Shown here one piece after another: positions 12,102 through 26,078 of a stretch of DNA of 64,000 nucleotides. The translations under genes were made by a program, and so were the position numbers. The notes below the pieces were generated by a model. That model did no database searches. It saw only the letters and a list, made by a program, of their open reading frames with translations, and was not told the origin of the DNA. Every line of letters starts with the position of its first letter. Positions within the stretch are counted from its first letter, which is position 1. Location: the NCBI GenBank assembly GCA_015680685.1, contig MNCI01001683.1, positions 93,256 to 157,255 on the forward strand. The letters are read 5' to 3'. This stretch comes from Gnetum montanum. Taxonomy: Eukaryota > Plantae > Gnetophyta.

Positions 12102-13583
12102 TTGGCCCCTCTTTGTTGACGTCTAGAGGAATCTACCCGAGAGGTGTTGACAAAGAAGTACAAAACACCATGAACAACCAAGTACCAAGCATTGTCTGTT
12201 CGCCCCTAGCTGGATGTCATCGCACCTTGTTCAAAAGTACATTGGGTTTAGGGAAATGTGGTTTAGGGAAAGAAGGGAATTTGGTTGTGACCGGGGAAAT
12301 CGAAAGATGATCAAGGGTTATGAGTGTTGCCAAAATTGTGGGAGAGGAGTGTTCTCGCGTGAGCAAATCATGTCATTGGTCTTTGTCAATAGCCGGGTTT
12401 TTAGCAGACTTAGAACCAGGACATTGAAGGTGTGTTCTTTGGAGAAACGGAACCCTTGTGTTATGTTTTAAGGGGGCCCGTTGTAAACAACCAAAGCCAC
12501 GCGGTGATGTGCCACATGATCATTCGCGGCATGAGTGTTCTCCCAAGATAATTGCCTTCTCGCCTGGGGCTTGTATGAGAAGAGCCAATGATCTTTGGTC
12601 TATGATATCTGCGGGGTCATGAAGACCTTTTCCGTGTATTTTGCTCTTTGATCTTTTTTTTCCTCTTTTTTTTTTGCATTTCTTTTGGTCCCTTTGAATG
12701 AGCTTGCTTTTTGTGCCGTACTCATGCTCATGCACTTGCGTTTGTATCATGTGTTGTGCATTGTGTTTTGTGCTGCAACTGCTCAGGAATCACAGTGGAC
12801 AACAGTGCATCAAGAGTTTTGGGATGAATATTGTATCAAGGGACTATAATTGAGTAGGGTAAAAGGATCGTGATGAGGAATGGGGAATGAGGCAAGAGTT
12901 GGAAATGTACTTATAAACGGATTAATTAACCCAGTTGTGAGCATCAGAAAAAATGTGATACCTTGTTGTCATGATGGAATGCATCTGTGTACAAACGTCT
13001 CAAGTGTGTCATCCTGCAAACACAGCTCCAAGGGGACATTGGAACCACAAATAATTTAGTTAGCCAAAGCACTTTTAAACTTGAACATAGCTGATGGAAT
13101 GGAGCCATCATGTGGAGTTTCAAGGCAAACAAAGTCTCGAACAGCATTAGTTTCATCAGGATCTATGTGGCAAATCAGGTGGCAGGTTCTTGGTGAGCAC
13201 ATACGGTCAATTGCAGCAACATGCCTTTTTAAATGACATCGGGTTGATAATGATGTCGCCAGTTTATAGTCTTAACAGACTATTGTGGATTAGTTTTACG
13301 TCATAATCCTTTGGACATTGCCAGTTTATCGTTGTAGCGGATGGTGCAATGCTAGTTTATAGTCGTGGCGGACTATGAAGAGGCTCGCCAGTTTATAGTC
13401 TTAGTGGACTCTGGTGAATGAGTGTGACAGTTTAGTGTCATGTCGGACAGAGCTCTGTGGTGTCAATTTTCCGTCATGACGCCAAGACGTTCTGTGGTGC
13501 TAGTTTTAAGTCATAGCTCCAGGACTATTCTGTGGTATCAATTTTAGGTTGTGATGTCAGGACCGTTGCGTACCTTAAGATCA

Positions 13584-16369
13584 TCAGACGTAGAATGGTT
13601 TTAGGTTTGGACATGGTTTTCCTAAAGGGAATAGCTTCTACCCATTTGGTGAAGTATTCGGTCGTAGTGATGATGAAGCTATGTCCTGTTGAAGATGGTG
13701 GTGTTATCGGCCCAATGATGTCTAATCCCCATTTTTGGAATGGCCAGGTGATTTGCGTAGTATGCAACTCATTAGGTGGTACATGTATTAGGTTACCATG
13801 CCTTTGGCAAATGCTACATTTCTTGACCCTGGAGAAGCAATCGTACTCTATATGTGGCCAGTGGTAGCCCAAACGTCTAATTTTTGTTGCCATTGCTTTG
13901 GGTGCTATATGCCCTCCACAAAGTCCTTCGTGAACCTGTTCTACGATTGTTTGGCCGTCAATGCTACTGACGCACATCAACAGGATGATTTCATAGGATA
14001 TGCGACACAATGTGTCTCCTATTAATGCATATTGCCGAGAGCGTTTTCGCACCGCGTCCTTTTGGGCTCTTGTCAAATGTTGTGGCGGTTCGCCTTGTTG
14101 AAGGTACTCTTTTATGTCATCGTACCATTCTATTGCTTGTGTAGTGCTAACTGACGCTATGGGTATTTCGTCGAGCGCGTCGGTTACAAGTTTGGCACAA
14201 TTTGTTATAAAACTAAGCAATGCATGGAACATCTCAGGTGTCATGTTCAAGGCTAGTGTGGCAAGTGCGTCGGCAATGGTATTTTCGTTCCTAGGAACAT
14301 GTTGCACGTCTACATTGATCAGTTGTTTTAGCAAGTATTTAGTCAGGTCACAGTATGGTTGCAAATGAGGAGCTTTGCATGCGTAAATCTCTGTGACTTG
14401 ATTGATTACTAACTGTGAGTCACCTCGAACTACAAGAGGTGTAACTCCCGAAGTTAACACCGCTATAAGACCTCTAAGAAGACCTTCATACTCCGTCACA
14501 TTGTTGGTGCAATGGAAGTTTAGTCGATAGGAAAAGGGGCAAATTTCTTTCAAGGGATATGTTATGACGGCTGCAGCACTTCCCCCTCGGAAAGTCGATG
14601 CTTCGTCGAAGTACAGGATTGCATCGTAATTTTCAGGCACTACGTCTATGCTGTTAATATCTTTGTCAGGGAATTCAAGGTTGATTGTCGCTTGATCTTG
14701 TATCGGTGATGCAGTCAACTGATTGGCTATTGTTTGACCCTTAGTGGAGGATTGAGCAACATAGCGCAGGTCAAACTCTGCAATCATCGCCTTCCATCTA
14801 GCTATCCTACTTGATTCATAGATATTGTTGGTGATAGCTCGAGGCACGTTGTCTTTGCAAATGATATAGACTTGGTTACGGAAAAGATAGTGTCACCACT
14901 TTTTCAAGGAAAAGACAAAGGCGAAGCATGATCTCTCCACGTCATTGTATCGTTGTTCGTAGGCAGTTAAGGCATGGCTTAGATAATAAACGGGGATCTC
15001 GGCTCCATCTTCTCGTTTTTGACAAAGCATGAACGCAATTGATGAATCAGATGTGGCAAGGTAGATGTAAAAAAGTTTATCGCTTTGCAGGGGATGAACT
15101 GTTGGCAGTTGAGCCAACTTCGTTTTTATGTTTCCAAAGGCTTCCTGACACTGTTGAGTCCATTGAAAATGGACGTTCTTTCACAATAAATACTACATGG
15201 GTTTTAACTTATCAGTTAGCTTTGCGATAAAGCGTTTGATGAATTGCAGTCTACCTTGCAAACCACGTAATTCGGTAAGGTTCCTAGGCGGTTGCATACT
15301 AGTTATTGCTTTAACCTTATCGAGGTCTACCCATATACCTGTTTCGGAGACTACGAAGCCAAGCATTTTTCCCGTCTTAACCCCAAAGACGCATTTCTTT
15401 GGGTTAAGCCTAAGATCATATTTGAGACAGCATTTGAGTACTAAGTCTAGGTGTTTTTGCGTGTTGTTCGGTTGTTTTGGACTTGACTGTGATGTCGTCT
15501 ACATAATCATTGAGCGAATCGAGCATGTAATTGCTGAATATATATGTCATTGCCCGTTAATATGTGGCACCCGTGTTTTTGAGACCGAATGACATCATTG
15601 TATAACAGAACGTGCCCCAAGGTGTCATGAAGGTCGTCCTAAGTTGGTGTTCTGGGTTGATCCTGATTTGGTTGTATCCCGAGAATCCATCCATAAAGGA
15701 TAATAATGCGTGCCCAGTGGTTGAGTCAACGAGTTGATCGATACTGGGTAGCGGAAAGTCATCCTTTATAGTAGCTACGTTGAGGTCACGGAAGTCAATA
15801 CATATGCGAATGTTGCCGTTCTTCTTAGGAACTACAACAATGTTGGATACCCAATCGGCATAATCAACAGCTCAGATGAAACTGGCCTGATAGAGCTTCG
15901 TGATTTCATTACGAACTGCCAACGCTACCTCAGGTCTAACCTTTCGTGCTTTTTGCTTTAGTAGTCTAAGTTTTTCATCGAGGATGATGTTATGCTTGAT
16001 GATGCAAGGGTCCAATCCTAGCATATCGGTATACAACCAAGCGAAAGTTTTGATATTATTCTTTAACACTTGTGTAATGTCATTGGCAATTTGCGGATTT
16101 AGTAAAGTACTTAATTTTAATGTTTTAAGCTCGCCACTAAACATGGCGATGGGGACTTCAACGAGGCGATCCTCAGTGATGTTGTCGATTTCTAAATCCA
16201 AAGTTTTAGTCATATCCTCAAAGTAGTTTAATGTTCCTTGAGTGGACGCCACGAAATTGTCATAAATTGATGATGAATCTAGATCAATGGATTCTAGGTT
16301 GACTTCTCATTGAATGGCCCCATGTGGTCCATTGATAGACAACAGTGAAAAGAGAGGCTTGTTATCCAT
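13584..16369 (-). pseudogene. pol: pol (RT-RH-aRH-INT), left palindrome arm; integrase core deleted
   Basis: RT (YVDD), RH, aRH (LYFDEAS...TNNVTEYEGL...RGDSQLV...ADALA), INT zinc finger and WGLDIIGP. About 686 bp missing at 13604/13605 relative to the right arm; stops and frameshifts. Confidence 0.92.
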
Positions 16370-16906
16370 GCGTCTACCCCTGCCAATTAAATAGGAAGGC
16401 ACGTGAGGAAGGGTGAATTGCAATTTCTTGTAAAGTTAATTTCTACGTCTTAATGCAATAAAGGCATGCGACGAATAGTTTATCGTCGTATACGGATGTT
16501 TGGCAGTTTTAGGCCTTGCCCGGGCCAAGTGTGGCAGTTTAAGGCCATGCCGGGCCCTCTGCCAATCATGTTCCAAGTATATACAAGTATTATGATTTTT
16601 TTGTGATTGTTGGATTTTTTGTGAATTTTTTTTGGTCTAAATGCATGGGTTATTTTGCAATGGTTAATAAACAAAAGTAGCTACTTCGGGAGCACAAGAA
16701 TAAAATAAAATAAAATAAGAGGATAAAGGACAAGGTGTCACGTGACTACAAAATAAGATAAAATGGCACCAAGTGTGGCATAAGCGTAAGCAACTGGGTG
16801 TAGCGTGAGTTAGAGGACCAGTGCACAGCGTGTGCTTAGCGTGAGTTACAGAAACCCAACACTGCGTTTGAAATGTGAACGACTGGGAAGACACAACGTA
16901 ACCAGG

Positions 16907-17019
16907 ATGAAAGCCAAGGGAAAGCAGAAACGGGAAAAAGGGAAGAAGCAGGCAAGCTTGGCATTTGTGGAGGAGAGTGAGGAACTGCTCCAACGCCTTC
17001 CAAAACCTAAGATTTCTTC
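16907..17019 (+). pseudogene. Putative first exon of the family A antisense extra gene (mirror copy at 18710-18822, minus)
   Basis: ATG then MKAKGKQKREKGKKQ..., ending at a phase-2 GT donor followed by T-rich intron-like DNA. Same position and phase as exon 1 in family B (45064-45182). Confidence 0.55.
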
Positions 17020-19364
17020 GTGGGTTGGAACCCTATGCAGGTTTTATTTTTGTTTTCTCTTTTTCTATTTTTTTTTTGTTTTGTGTGGCGTAACGTTAAC
17101 GAGTGGCAGCATGAGTTATGGGAGCCGCGGATTTTCAGTGTTTGTGAGTGATTTCTGAGAGTAATTGTGTTTCCTTCCTGCGTTCTAGGGTGTTTGTGTT
17201 TCATTTTGATTCGTGATTGCAGTATGAGTTCCCCTGAGATTGCAACATGAGTGGCCCTAAAACAATCACGTTTTAGTGCATTTTTGTTGTAGTTTTGATG
17301 CATTTTTGTTTCAATTCCGAATTTGGGGCTACTATTTTGATTTCTGCTACTGGTTTTAAGTTAGCGTGAGCAACATGGGGCATGCCCATAGGTAGCGTGA
17401 GTAGCAAGGACTGCCACATTTTGGGTATTGTTGGCTGCATTTTGGATTGGGAGAACCAGGGTTTTGAATTACTATTTATTGTAGCACAAGTTGCAGGGCT
17501 ACGTCCCTAGCGTTAGTTGCAGGGCTGTATTGCGCTAGTTGCAGGGCATTTCACTGTATTTTATGCATTAGTTGCAAGGTTGTAGCTTCTGCGTAAGTTA
17601 CAGGGATTGCAATTTTTGTGCATTTTTTCCTGCGATTTTCTTGCATTTTTGCCTGCAATTTTCTTGTGATTTTCGTAGGGATTTTTTTTTCTTCCTTGGG
17701 AGTTTTTTTTTTTTTTTTATGTTTTTCCTGGGCGTAAGCGTAAGTTGCAGGAACTGCAGTTTTTTGTGCATTTTTATGGTGTGGATAGCGTGAGTGATGG
17801 TCCTTACTACCACATGAGCATTACTCAACGTGAGTAACCAAGAACCCTTTGCTTGGCAGCGTGAGCAAATATTTTTTGGTTGCTCACACTGAGTAACGCT
17901 CATGTGGTAGTAAGGACCATCACTCACGCTATCCACATCACAAAAATGCACAAAAAACTGCAATTCCTGCAACTTACACTTATGCCCAGGAAAAACACAA
18001 AAAAAAAACTCGCATGAAAGAAAAAAAATCCCTAGGAAAAACACAAAAAAATCATAGGAAAAACACAAGAAAATCGCAGGCAAAAATGCAAGAAAATCGC
18101 AGGAAAAATGCACAAAAATTGCAGTCCCTGCAACTCACGCAAAAGCTACAGCCTTGCAACTAATCCATAAAATACAGTGAAATGCCCTGCAACTAGCGCG
18201 ATACAACCCTACAACTAACGCTAAGGACGCAGCCCTGCAACTTGTGCTACAATAAACAGTAATTCAAAACCTTGATTCTCCCAACCCAAAACGCAGCCAA
18301 CAATACCCAAAACGTGGTAGTCCTTGCTACTCACGCTACCTATGGGCATGCCCCATGTTGCTCACGCTAACCCAAAACCAGCAACAGGATTCAAAACAGT
18401 AGCCCCAAATCCGAAATCAAAACAAAAACGCATCAAAATTGCAACAAAAATGCACTAAAACGTGATTGTTTTAGGGCCACTCACGTTGCAATCTCAAGGG
18501 AACTCATACTACAATCATGAATCAAAATGAAACACAAACACCCTAGAACGCAGGAAGGAAACGCAATCACTCAAAAATCACTCACAAACACCGAAAATCT
18601 ACGGCTCCTATAACTCACACTGTCACTCGTTAACGTTACGCCACACAAAACAAAAAAGAAATAGAAAAAGAGAAAACAAAAATAAAACCTATGTAAGGTT
18701 CCAACCCACGAAGAAATCTTAGGTTGTGGAAGGCGTTGGAGCAGTTCCTCGCTCTCCTCCACAAACGCCAAACTTGCCTACTTCTTCCCTTTTCCCCATT
18801 TCTGCTTTCCCTTGGCCTTCATCCTGGTTACGCTGTGTCTTCCCAGTCGTTCACATTTCAGACGCAGTGTTGGGTTTCTGTAACTCACGCTAAGCACACG
18901 TTGTGCACTGGTCCTCTAACTCACGCTACGCCTAATTGCTTACACTTACACCACACTTGGTGCCATTTTATCTCATTTTATAGTCACGTAGAGCCTCGTC
19001 CTTTATCCTCTTATTTTATTCTATTTTATTTTATTCTTGTGCTCCCGAAGTAGCTATTTTTGTTTATTAACCATTGCAAAATAACCCATGCATTTAGACC
19101 AAAAAAAATTCATAAAAAATCCAACAATCACAAAAAAATCATAATACTTGTATATACTTAGAACATGACTGGCAGAGGGCCTGGCATGGCCTTAAATTGC
19201 CACACCTTGCCCTGGCAAGGCCTAAAACTGTCAAACGTCCGTATACGACGATAAACTATTCGTCACATGCCTTTATTACATTAAGACGTAGAAATTAACT
19301 TTACAAGAAATTGCAACTCACCCTTGCTCACATGCCTCCCCATTTAATTGGCAGGGGCAAATGC

Positions 19365-22300
19365 ATGGATAGCAAGCGCCTCTTTTCACCGTTGTCTATC
19401 AATGGACCACATGGGACCATTCAACGAGAAGTCAACCTAGAATCCATTGATTTAGACTCATCATCAATTTATGACAATTTCATGGCGTCCACTCAAGGAA
19501 CATCAGACTACTTTGAGGATATGACTAAAACTTTGGACTTAGAAACCGACAACATCACTGAGGATCCCCTCGTTGAAGTCCCCATCGCCATGTCTAGTGG
19601 CAAGCTTAAAACATTAAAATTAAGTACTCTACTAAATCCGCAAATTGCCAATGACATTACACAAGTGCTAAAGAATAATATCAAAACTTTCGCTTGGTCG
19701 TATACCAATATGCCAGGATTGGACCTTCGCATCATCTAGCATAACATCATCCTCGATGAAAAACTTAGACCAATAAAGCAAAAAGCACGAAAGGTTAGGC
19801 CTGAGGTAGCGTTGGCAGTTCGCAACGAAATCACAAAGCTCTATCAGGCCGATTTCATCCAAGTTGTTGATTATGTCGATTGGGTATCCAACATTGTTGT
19901 AGTCCCTAAGAAGAACGGCAGCATTCGCATATGTATTGACTTCCGTGACCTCAGCGTAGCCACTATAAAAAATGACTTTCCGCTACCCAGTATTGATCAA
20001 CTCGTTGACTCAACCGCTGGGCACACATTATTATCCTTTATGGATGGATTCTCAGGATTAACCCATAACACCAATTTAGGACGACCTTCATGACACCTTA
20101 GGGCACGTTCTGTTATACAATGATGTCATTCGGTCTCAAAAACACGAGTGCCACATATCAACGGGCAATGACATATATATTTAGCGATTACATGCTCAAT
20201 TCACTCAATGATTATGTAGACGACATCACGGTCAAGTCCAAAACAACCGAACAACACGCAAAACGCCTAGACTTGGTACTCAAACGCTGTCTCAAATACA
20301 ACCTTAGGCTTAACCCAAAGAAATGCGTCTTTGGGGTTAAGACGGGAAAAATGCTTAGCTTCGTAGTCTCCGAAACAGGTATACGAGTAGACCCCGATAA
20401 GGTTAAAGCAATAACTACTATGCAACCGCCTAGGAAGCTTACCGAATTACGTGGTCTGCAAGGTAGACTACAATTCATCAGACGTTTTATCGCAAAGCTA
20501 ACTGATAAGTTAAAACCCATGCAGTATTTACTGCAAAAGAACGCCCATTTTCAATGGACTCAACAGTGCCAAGAAGCCTTTGAAAACATAAAAACGGAGT
20601 TGGCTCAACTGCTAACAGTTCATCCGCCGCAAAGCGATAAACCTTTTTACATCTACCTCGCCACATCTGATTCATCGATTGCGTCCATGCTTTGCCAAAA
20701 ATGAGAAGATGGAGCCGAGATCCCCGTTTACTATCTAAGCCATGCCTTAACTGCCTACGAACAACGATACAATGACGTGGAGAGATCATGCTTCGTCCTT
20801 GTCTTTTCCTTGAAAAAGTGGCGACACTATCTCTTCCGTAACCAAGTCTATATCATTTGCAAAGACAACAAGCTTCGAACTATTACCAACAACATCTATG
20901 AATCAAGTAGGATAGCTAGATGGAAGGCGATGATTGCAGAATTTAACCTGCGCTATGTTGCTCAATCCTCCACTAAGGGTCAAGCAATAGCCAATCAGTT
21001 GACTGCATCACCGACACAAGATCAAGCGACAATCAACCTTGAATTCCCTGACGAAGATATTAACAGCATAGATGTAGTGCCCAAAAATTACAATGCAATC
21101 CTGTACTTTGACAGAGCATCCACTTCCCGAGGGGGAAGTGCTGCAGCCATCATAACATATCCCTCGAAAGAAATTCATCCCTTTGCCTATCGACTAAACT
21201 TCCCTTGCACCAACAATGTGGCGAAGTATGAAGGTCTTCTTAGAGGTCTTATAGTGGCGCTAACTTTGGAAATTACACGTCTTGTAGTTCGAGGTGACTC
21301 ACAATTAGTAATCAATCAAGTCACAGAGATCTACGCATGCAAAGTTCCTCATTTGCAACCATACTGTGACCTGACTAAATACTTGCTAAAACAACTGATC
21401 AACGTAGATGTGCAACATGTTCCTAGGAACGAAAATACCATTGCCGATGCACTTGCCACACTAGCCTTGAACATGACACCTAAGATGTTCCATGCGTAGC
21501 CTAGTTCTATAACAAATTGTACCAAACCTGTAACCGACACCCTCGACGAAATACCCATAGCGTCAGTTAGCACTACACAAGCAATAGAATGGTACGATGA
21601 CATAAAAGAGTACCTTCAACAAGGCAAACCGCCACAACATTTGACAAGAGCCCAAAAGGACGCGGTGCGAAAATGCTCTCGGCAATATGCATTAATAGGA
21701 GACACATTGTGTCGCAGATCCTATGAAGGTATCCTGTTGATGTGCGTCAGTAGCATCGACAGCCAAACAATCGTAGAACAGGTTCACAAAGGACTTTGTG
21801 GAGGGCATATAGCACCCAAAGCAATGGCAACAAAAATTAGACGTTTGGGCTACCACTGGCCACATATGGAGTACGATTGCTTCTCCAGGGTCAAGAAATG
21901 TAGCATTTGCCAAAGGCACAGTAACCTAATACATGTACCACCTAATGAGTTGCATACTACGCAAATCACCTGGCCATTCCAAAAATGGGGATTAGACATC
22001 ATTGGGCCGATAACACCACCATCTTCAACAGGACATAGCTTCATCATCACTGCGACCGAATACTTCACCAAATGGGTAGAAGCTATTCCCCTTAGGAAAA
22101 CCACGTCCAAACGTGTTTGCAACTTCATATTAGAAAATATCGTAACCCGCTTTGGTATCCCAATGACCAGTCACCGATAATGGACCACAATTTAGTAGTA
22201 CGAATACCAAAAGCTTCTGTAAAAGCCTAGGTATTAAACACTCATTTTCATCACCATATTACCCACAGAGCAATGGTCAAGCGGAGTCTACGAATAAAAC

Positions 22301-22819
22301 GATCATCATGGTGCTCAAGAAAATGCTGAATCAAAGTAAGAGACGATGGCACGAGCAGTTAATCTATGCATTATGGGCATACCGAACAACGCACCGAACA
22401 TCCACAGGTAAGACACCATATAGCCTGGTATACGGATCTGAAGCTGTGTTACCTTTGGAGTTCCCTCGCTGCGGATAACGCTCTCTAGCCTCCTTGACGA
22501 AAGCCAGAACAACGAACTACGCATCGCTAACCTTGACTCAGTGGAGGAAGAAAGGGTACAAGCGCTTGATCAAATCGAATGGTACCAGAGACATCAACGA
22601 CAACGTCATCAACATAATCCACATAAGCGGCCGATCAAAGAAGGTGACCTAGTTCTCAAGGCGGTCCGCGAACACTCAGACAAATTCTTAGCCAACTGGG
22701 AAGGGCCTTACTTAGTCACTAAAGCATATGATAATGGGGCATTCAAGCTCGCCGACATGGACGGAAACGAATTGGCCAATCCTACAAATCACGTGTACCT
22801 GAAACCATTCTACGTCTGA
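19365..22819 (+). pseudogene. pol: pol (RT-RH-aRH-INT), right palindrome arm
   Basis: WVSNIVVVPKKNG, RICIDFRDL, FGLKN, YVDD, RH (YLATSD), aRH, INT (H-x-G-x-CGGH, CxxC, WGLDIIGP, YFTKWVEA, NWEGPY). Several stops and frameshifts. Confidence 0.95.
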
Positions 22820-22829
22820 TGATCTTAAG

Positions 22830-23150
22830 GTACGCAACGGTCCTGGCATCACGACCTAAAACTGATACCACAAAATAGTCTTGGAGCTATGACTTAAAAC
22901 TAGCACCACAAAACGTCCTGGCGTCATGACGGAAAATCGACACCACAGAGCTCTGTCCGACATGACACTAAACTGTCACACTCATTCACCAAAGTCCACT
23001 AAGACTATAAACTGGCGAGCCTCTTCATAGTCCGCCACGACTATAAACTAGCATTGCACCATCCGCTACAACGATAAACTGGCAATGTCCAAAGGATTAT
23101 GACGTAAAACTAATCCACAATAGTCTGTTAAGACTATAAACTGGCGACAT
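22830..23150 (+). repeat. Degenerate tandem repeats in the family A 3' UTR (ACTATAAACTGGC-like core)
   Basis: Recurring AAAACT / ACTATAAACTGGCG units at ~37-40 bp spacing; mirrored at ~13255-13570. Confidence 0.6.
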
Positions 23151-24309
23151 CATCATCAACCCGACGTCATTTAAAAAGGCATGTTGCTGCAATCGACCGT
23201 ACGTGCTCACCAAGAACCTGCCACCTGATTTGCCACATAGATCTTGATGAAACTGATGCTGTTCGAGACTTTGTTTGCTTTGAAACTCCACATGATGGCT
23301 CCATTCCATCGGCTATGTTCAAGTTTAAAAGTGCTTTGGCTAACTAAATCATTTGTGGTTCCTTGTCCCCTTGGAGCTGTGTTTGCAGGATGACACACTT
23401 GAGGCGTTCGTACACAGATGCATTCCATCATGACGACAAGGTATCACATTCTTCCTGACGCTCACAACTGGGTTAATTAATCCGTTCATAAGTACATTTC
23501 CAACTTCTGCCGCATTTCCCATTCCTCATCACGATCCTTTTACCCTACTCAATTATAGTCCCTTGATACAATATTCATCCCAAAACTCTTGATGCACTGT
23601 TGTCCACTGTGATTCCTAAGCAGTTGCAGCACAAAACACAACGCACAGCACATGATACAAACGCAAGCACATGAGCATGAGTACGGCACAAAAAGCAAGC
23701 TCCTTCAAAGGGACCAAAAAGAAATGCAAAAAAAAAAAGAGAGAAAAAAAGAAACAAAAAAGATCAAAGAGCAAAATACACGGAAAAGGTCTTCATGACC
23801 CCACGGATATCATAGACCAAAGATCATTGGCTCTTCTCATACAAGCCCCAGGCGAGAAGGCAATTATCTTGGGAGAACACTCATGCCGCGAATGATCATG
23901 TGGCACATCACCACATGGCTTTGGCTGTTTACAACCGGCCCCCTTAAACATAACACAAGGGTTCCGTTTCTCCAAAGAACGCACCTCCAATGTCCTAGTT
24001 CTAAGTCTGCCGAAAACCCAACTATTGACAAAAACCAATGACAACTTGCTCACGCGAGAACACTCCTCTCCCACAATTCTGGCAACACTCATAACCCTTG
24101 ATCATCTTTCAATTTCCTTGATCACAACCAATTCCCTTCTTTCCCTAAACCACATTTCCCTCAACCCAATGTACTTTTGAACAAGGTGCGATGACATCCA
24201 GCCAAGGGCCAACAGACAATGCTTGGTTCTTGGTTGTTCATGGTGTTTTGTACTTCTTTGTCGACGCCTCTCCGGTAGATTCCTCTAGACGTCAACAAAG
24301 AGGGGCCAA

Positions 24310-26078
24310 TGAAACACCACAAAATTTCAGCCTAACACTTTGAAACAAGAACAACTCAAGCAACAAAAACTTGACTAAGGTCAAAACGGTCTTAATTTGA
24401 ACGGGCAAGGCCCCCTCGAGGCCCACTCATGGCTGCTCCAAGTTTCAACACCCAAAATCCAAGATCTCAAGTTGAAATCGCACAAATCTTGCTATTCACG
24501 CTGAGGTTACGCCCAGGTCACGCTGGCAATGTGAGTCCAGCGTGAGTCTAGCGTAAGTGCCCCAAAACAAAGTCAAAATAGCCTAATTTTGAAGGTACAA
24601 GTCACCCTAAAGGTCCACTAATGGTTACCCCAAGTTCCCAACCCTTAGAATCCTGATTTTGAGCTCAAAAATACATTGTTTCCACTGCTTACGCCCAACG
24701 TGACCAAACAGAAACTAGTCTAGACAGGCAGCTCCAAGCACAATTTCAGCATCAACTCAACTTCTAAGGACAGGCAACAGTTCTACTAGTCAACAGGCTC
24801 CAAAAAGTCAAAGTTCGGGTGTAAAACACGGCATTTTGGCTTGGTTACGCCTGGGTCACACCTAGCTCACGTTGGGGTCACATTGGAGTCACGCTGACAG
24901 CGTGAGTTACCAAGATGGCTCAAATCAAGTATAAACAGGCTCAAAATCAGCATATAGGTGGCCCACAAGGGCAGGCAACAGTTACACTTGAAGGACAAAC
25001 CTCGAAAATCAAGATTCGGTGCGAAATGACCCATTCTTACTAGCTCACGCCCAAGTCACGCTGAGCACTATTCATCAGCGTGAGCACTATTCACGCCTGG
25101 ACAAAAGCACTCCAAACGCATGTTGAGGACAGGCCAAGACCAAATCAACTCACGCTAGGAGCCCTGGTGAAGCAAAGACGCCTCAAACAGCCACCGAACC
25201 ACTCAAATCAACATCCTGCAGCAGTCAGTTCAAAGGACCATAAAGTTTCAAGCGAGCCGAAGTCAATCCCTCTTGGAATTCACTGTAAATTTTCATTGTA
25301 AGCCTCACCATCCGTGAGCTTGTCAAGCTCTTACGCTGCTTCCATGGGCATAAGCCAACTTGCGTTGTAAGATACAGTGTATCCGGTCTAAAACGTAGTC
25401 TGCCCACGTACACTTGTCACGCGATCCATTTTTTTCTCATCTCGCAGCCATCGATCTCATTCATTCCTACTCCCAGGCCTAGACAAATGCATAAATACCC
25501 AATTCATGGACATAAATAGGGGTTGGCAAAAAAAATCTGGCAAAAGAAACCAACAATCCCGAGCCCGGACGCATGTGATTCCCAGCACTTGCAAACACCT
25601 TGCATCGGAGCTTAACATTCAACTTGCAACGCAACTACGTTTTGACCGGTGCACATCTTGTTGATTAATACAACATTGTTCATTATTTGCCATCCATGGT
25701 CCTATTCTAATTTACTTTCTGCATTGTTCCGTTCCATTGCATGTTCCTACATATATTCTACTTACGTTTACGTTCCATTACGTTTCATTACGTTTCTTTA
25801 CATTTCATTACGTTTCTTTACATTTCGTTACGTTTTGTTACGTTACTTTGTGTTACATCATTTTTCTTTGTTTCACGTTTCGTGACGATAACCCCAACGC
25901 AGGCAATAGTGTACGCTCGGGGAAGTCCTTGGTTGATCTGCATGCAAACCATCCAAGGCACTCTGCCTTCGTTTTTCCAGCTTGCCCTCACGCGAAGGTA
26001 GGGTCATCTGTGTCTCTCCAGAGATCTTTCGGCGTACGTTTTTCCTCCAGCCTTACGTCGACGATTTCGAACAGTACA
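24310..26078 (+). repeat. LTR A3 (3' LTR, 1769 bp), preceded by PPT AAAGAGGGG (24297-24305)
   Basis: TG...CA termini; followed by the TSD copy, not by a PBS. Confidence 0.95.

Larger units (their letters stand above)
2234..26078. mobile_element. Composite Ty3/gypsy Tat-clade LTR retrotransposon insertion (family A): 3 LTRs plus inverted internal segment
   Basis: Starts TGAAACACC (2234) and ends ...GTACA (26078). Flanks CTAGT (2229-2233) and CCAGT (26079-26083) form a 5-bp TSD with one mismatch. Contains gag, protease, RT, RH, a second archaeal-type RH and integrase sequences. Confidence 0.92.
10272..26078. repeat. Giant imperfect palindrome (arms 10272-17853 and 17864-26078)
   Basis: Mirror-image ORFs (e.g. 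15872-16252 vs 19311-19739; 13525-14847 vs 20777-22180). Symmetry continues to TTTGCT (17848-17853) / AGCAAA (17864-17869), leaving a 10-nt loop. Confidence 0.95.

Noticed and set aside
17840-17880. Palindrome as a simple read fold-back artefact
   Set aside because: The arms carry many substitutions and private indels, and the outer TSD matches. A paralog misjoin is still not fully excluded.
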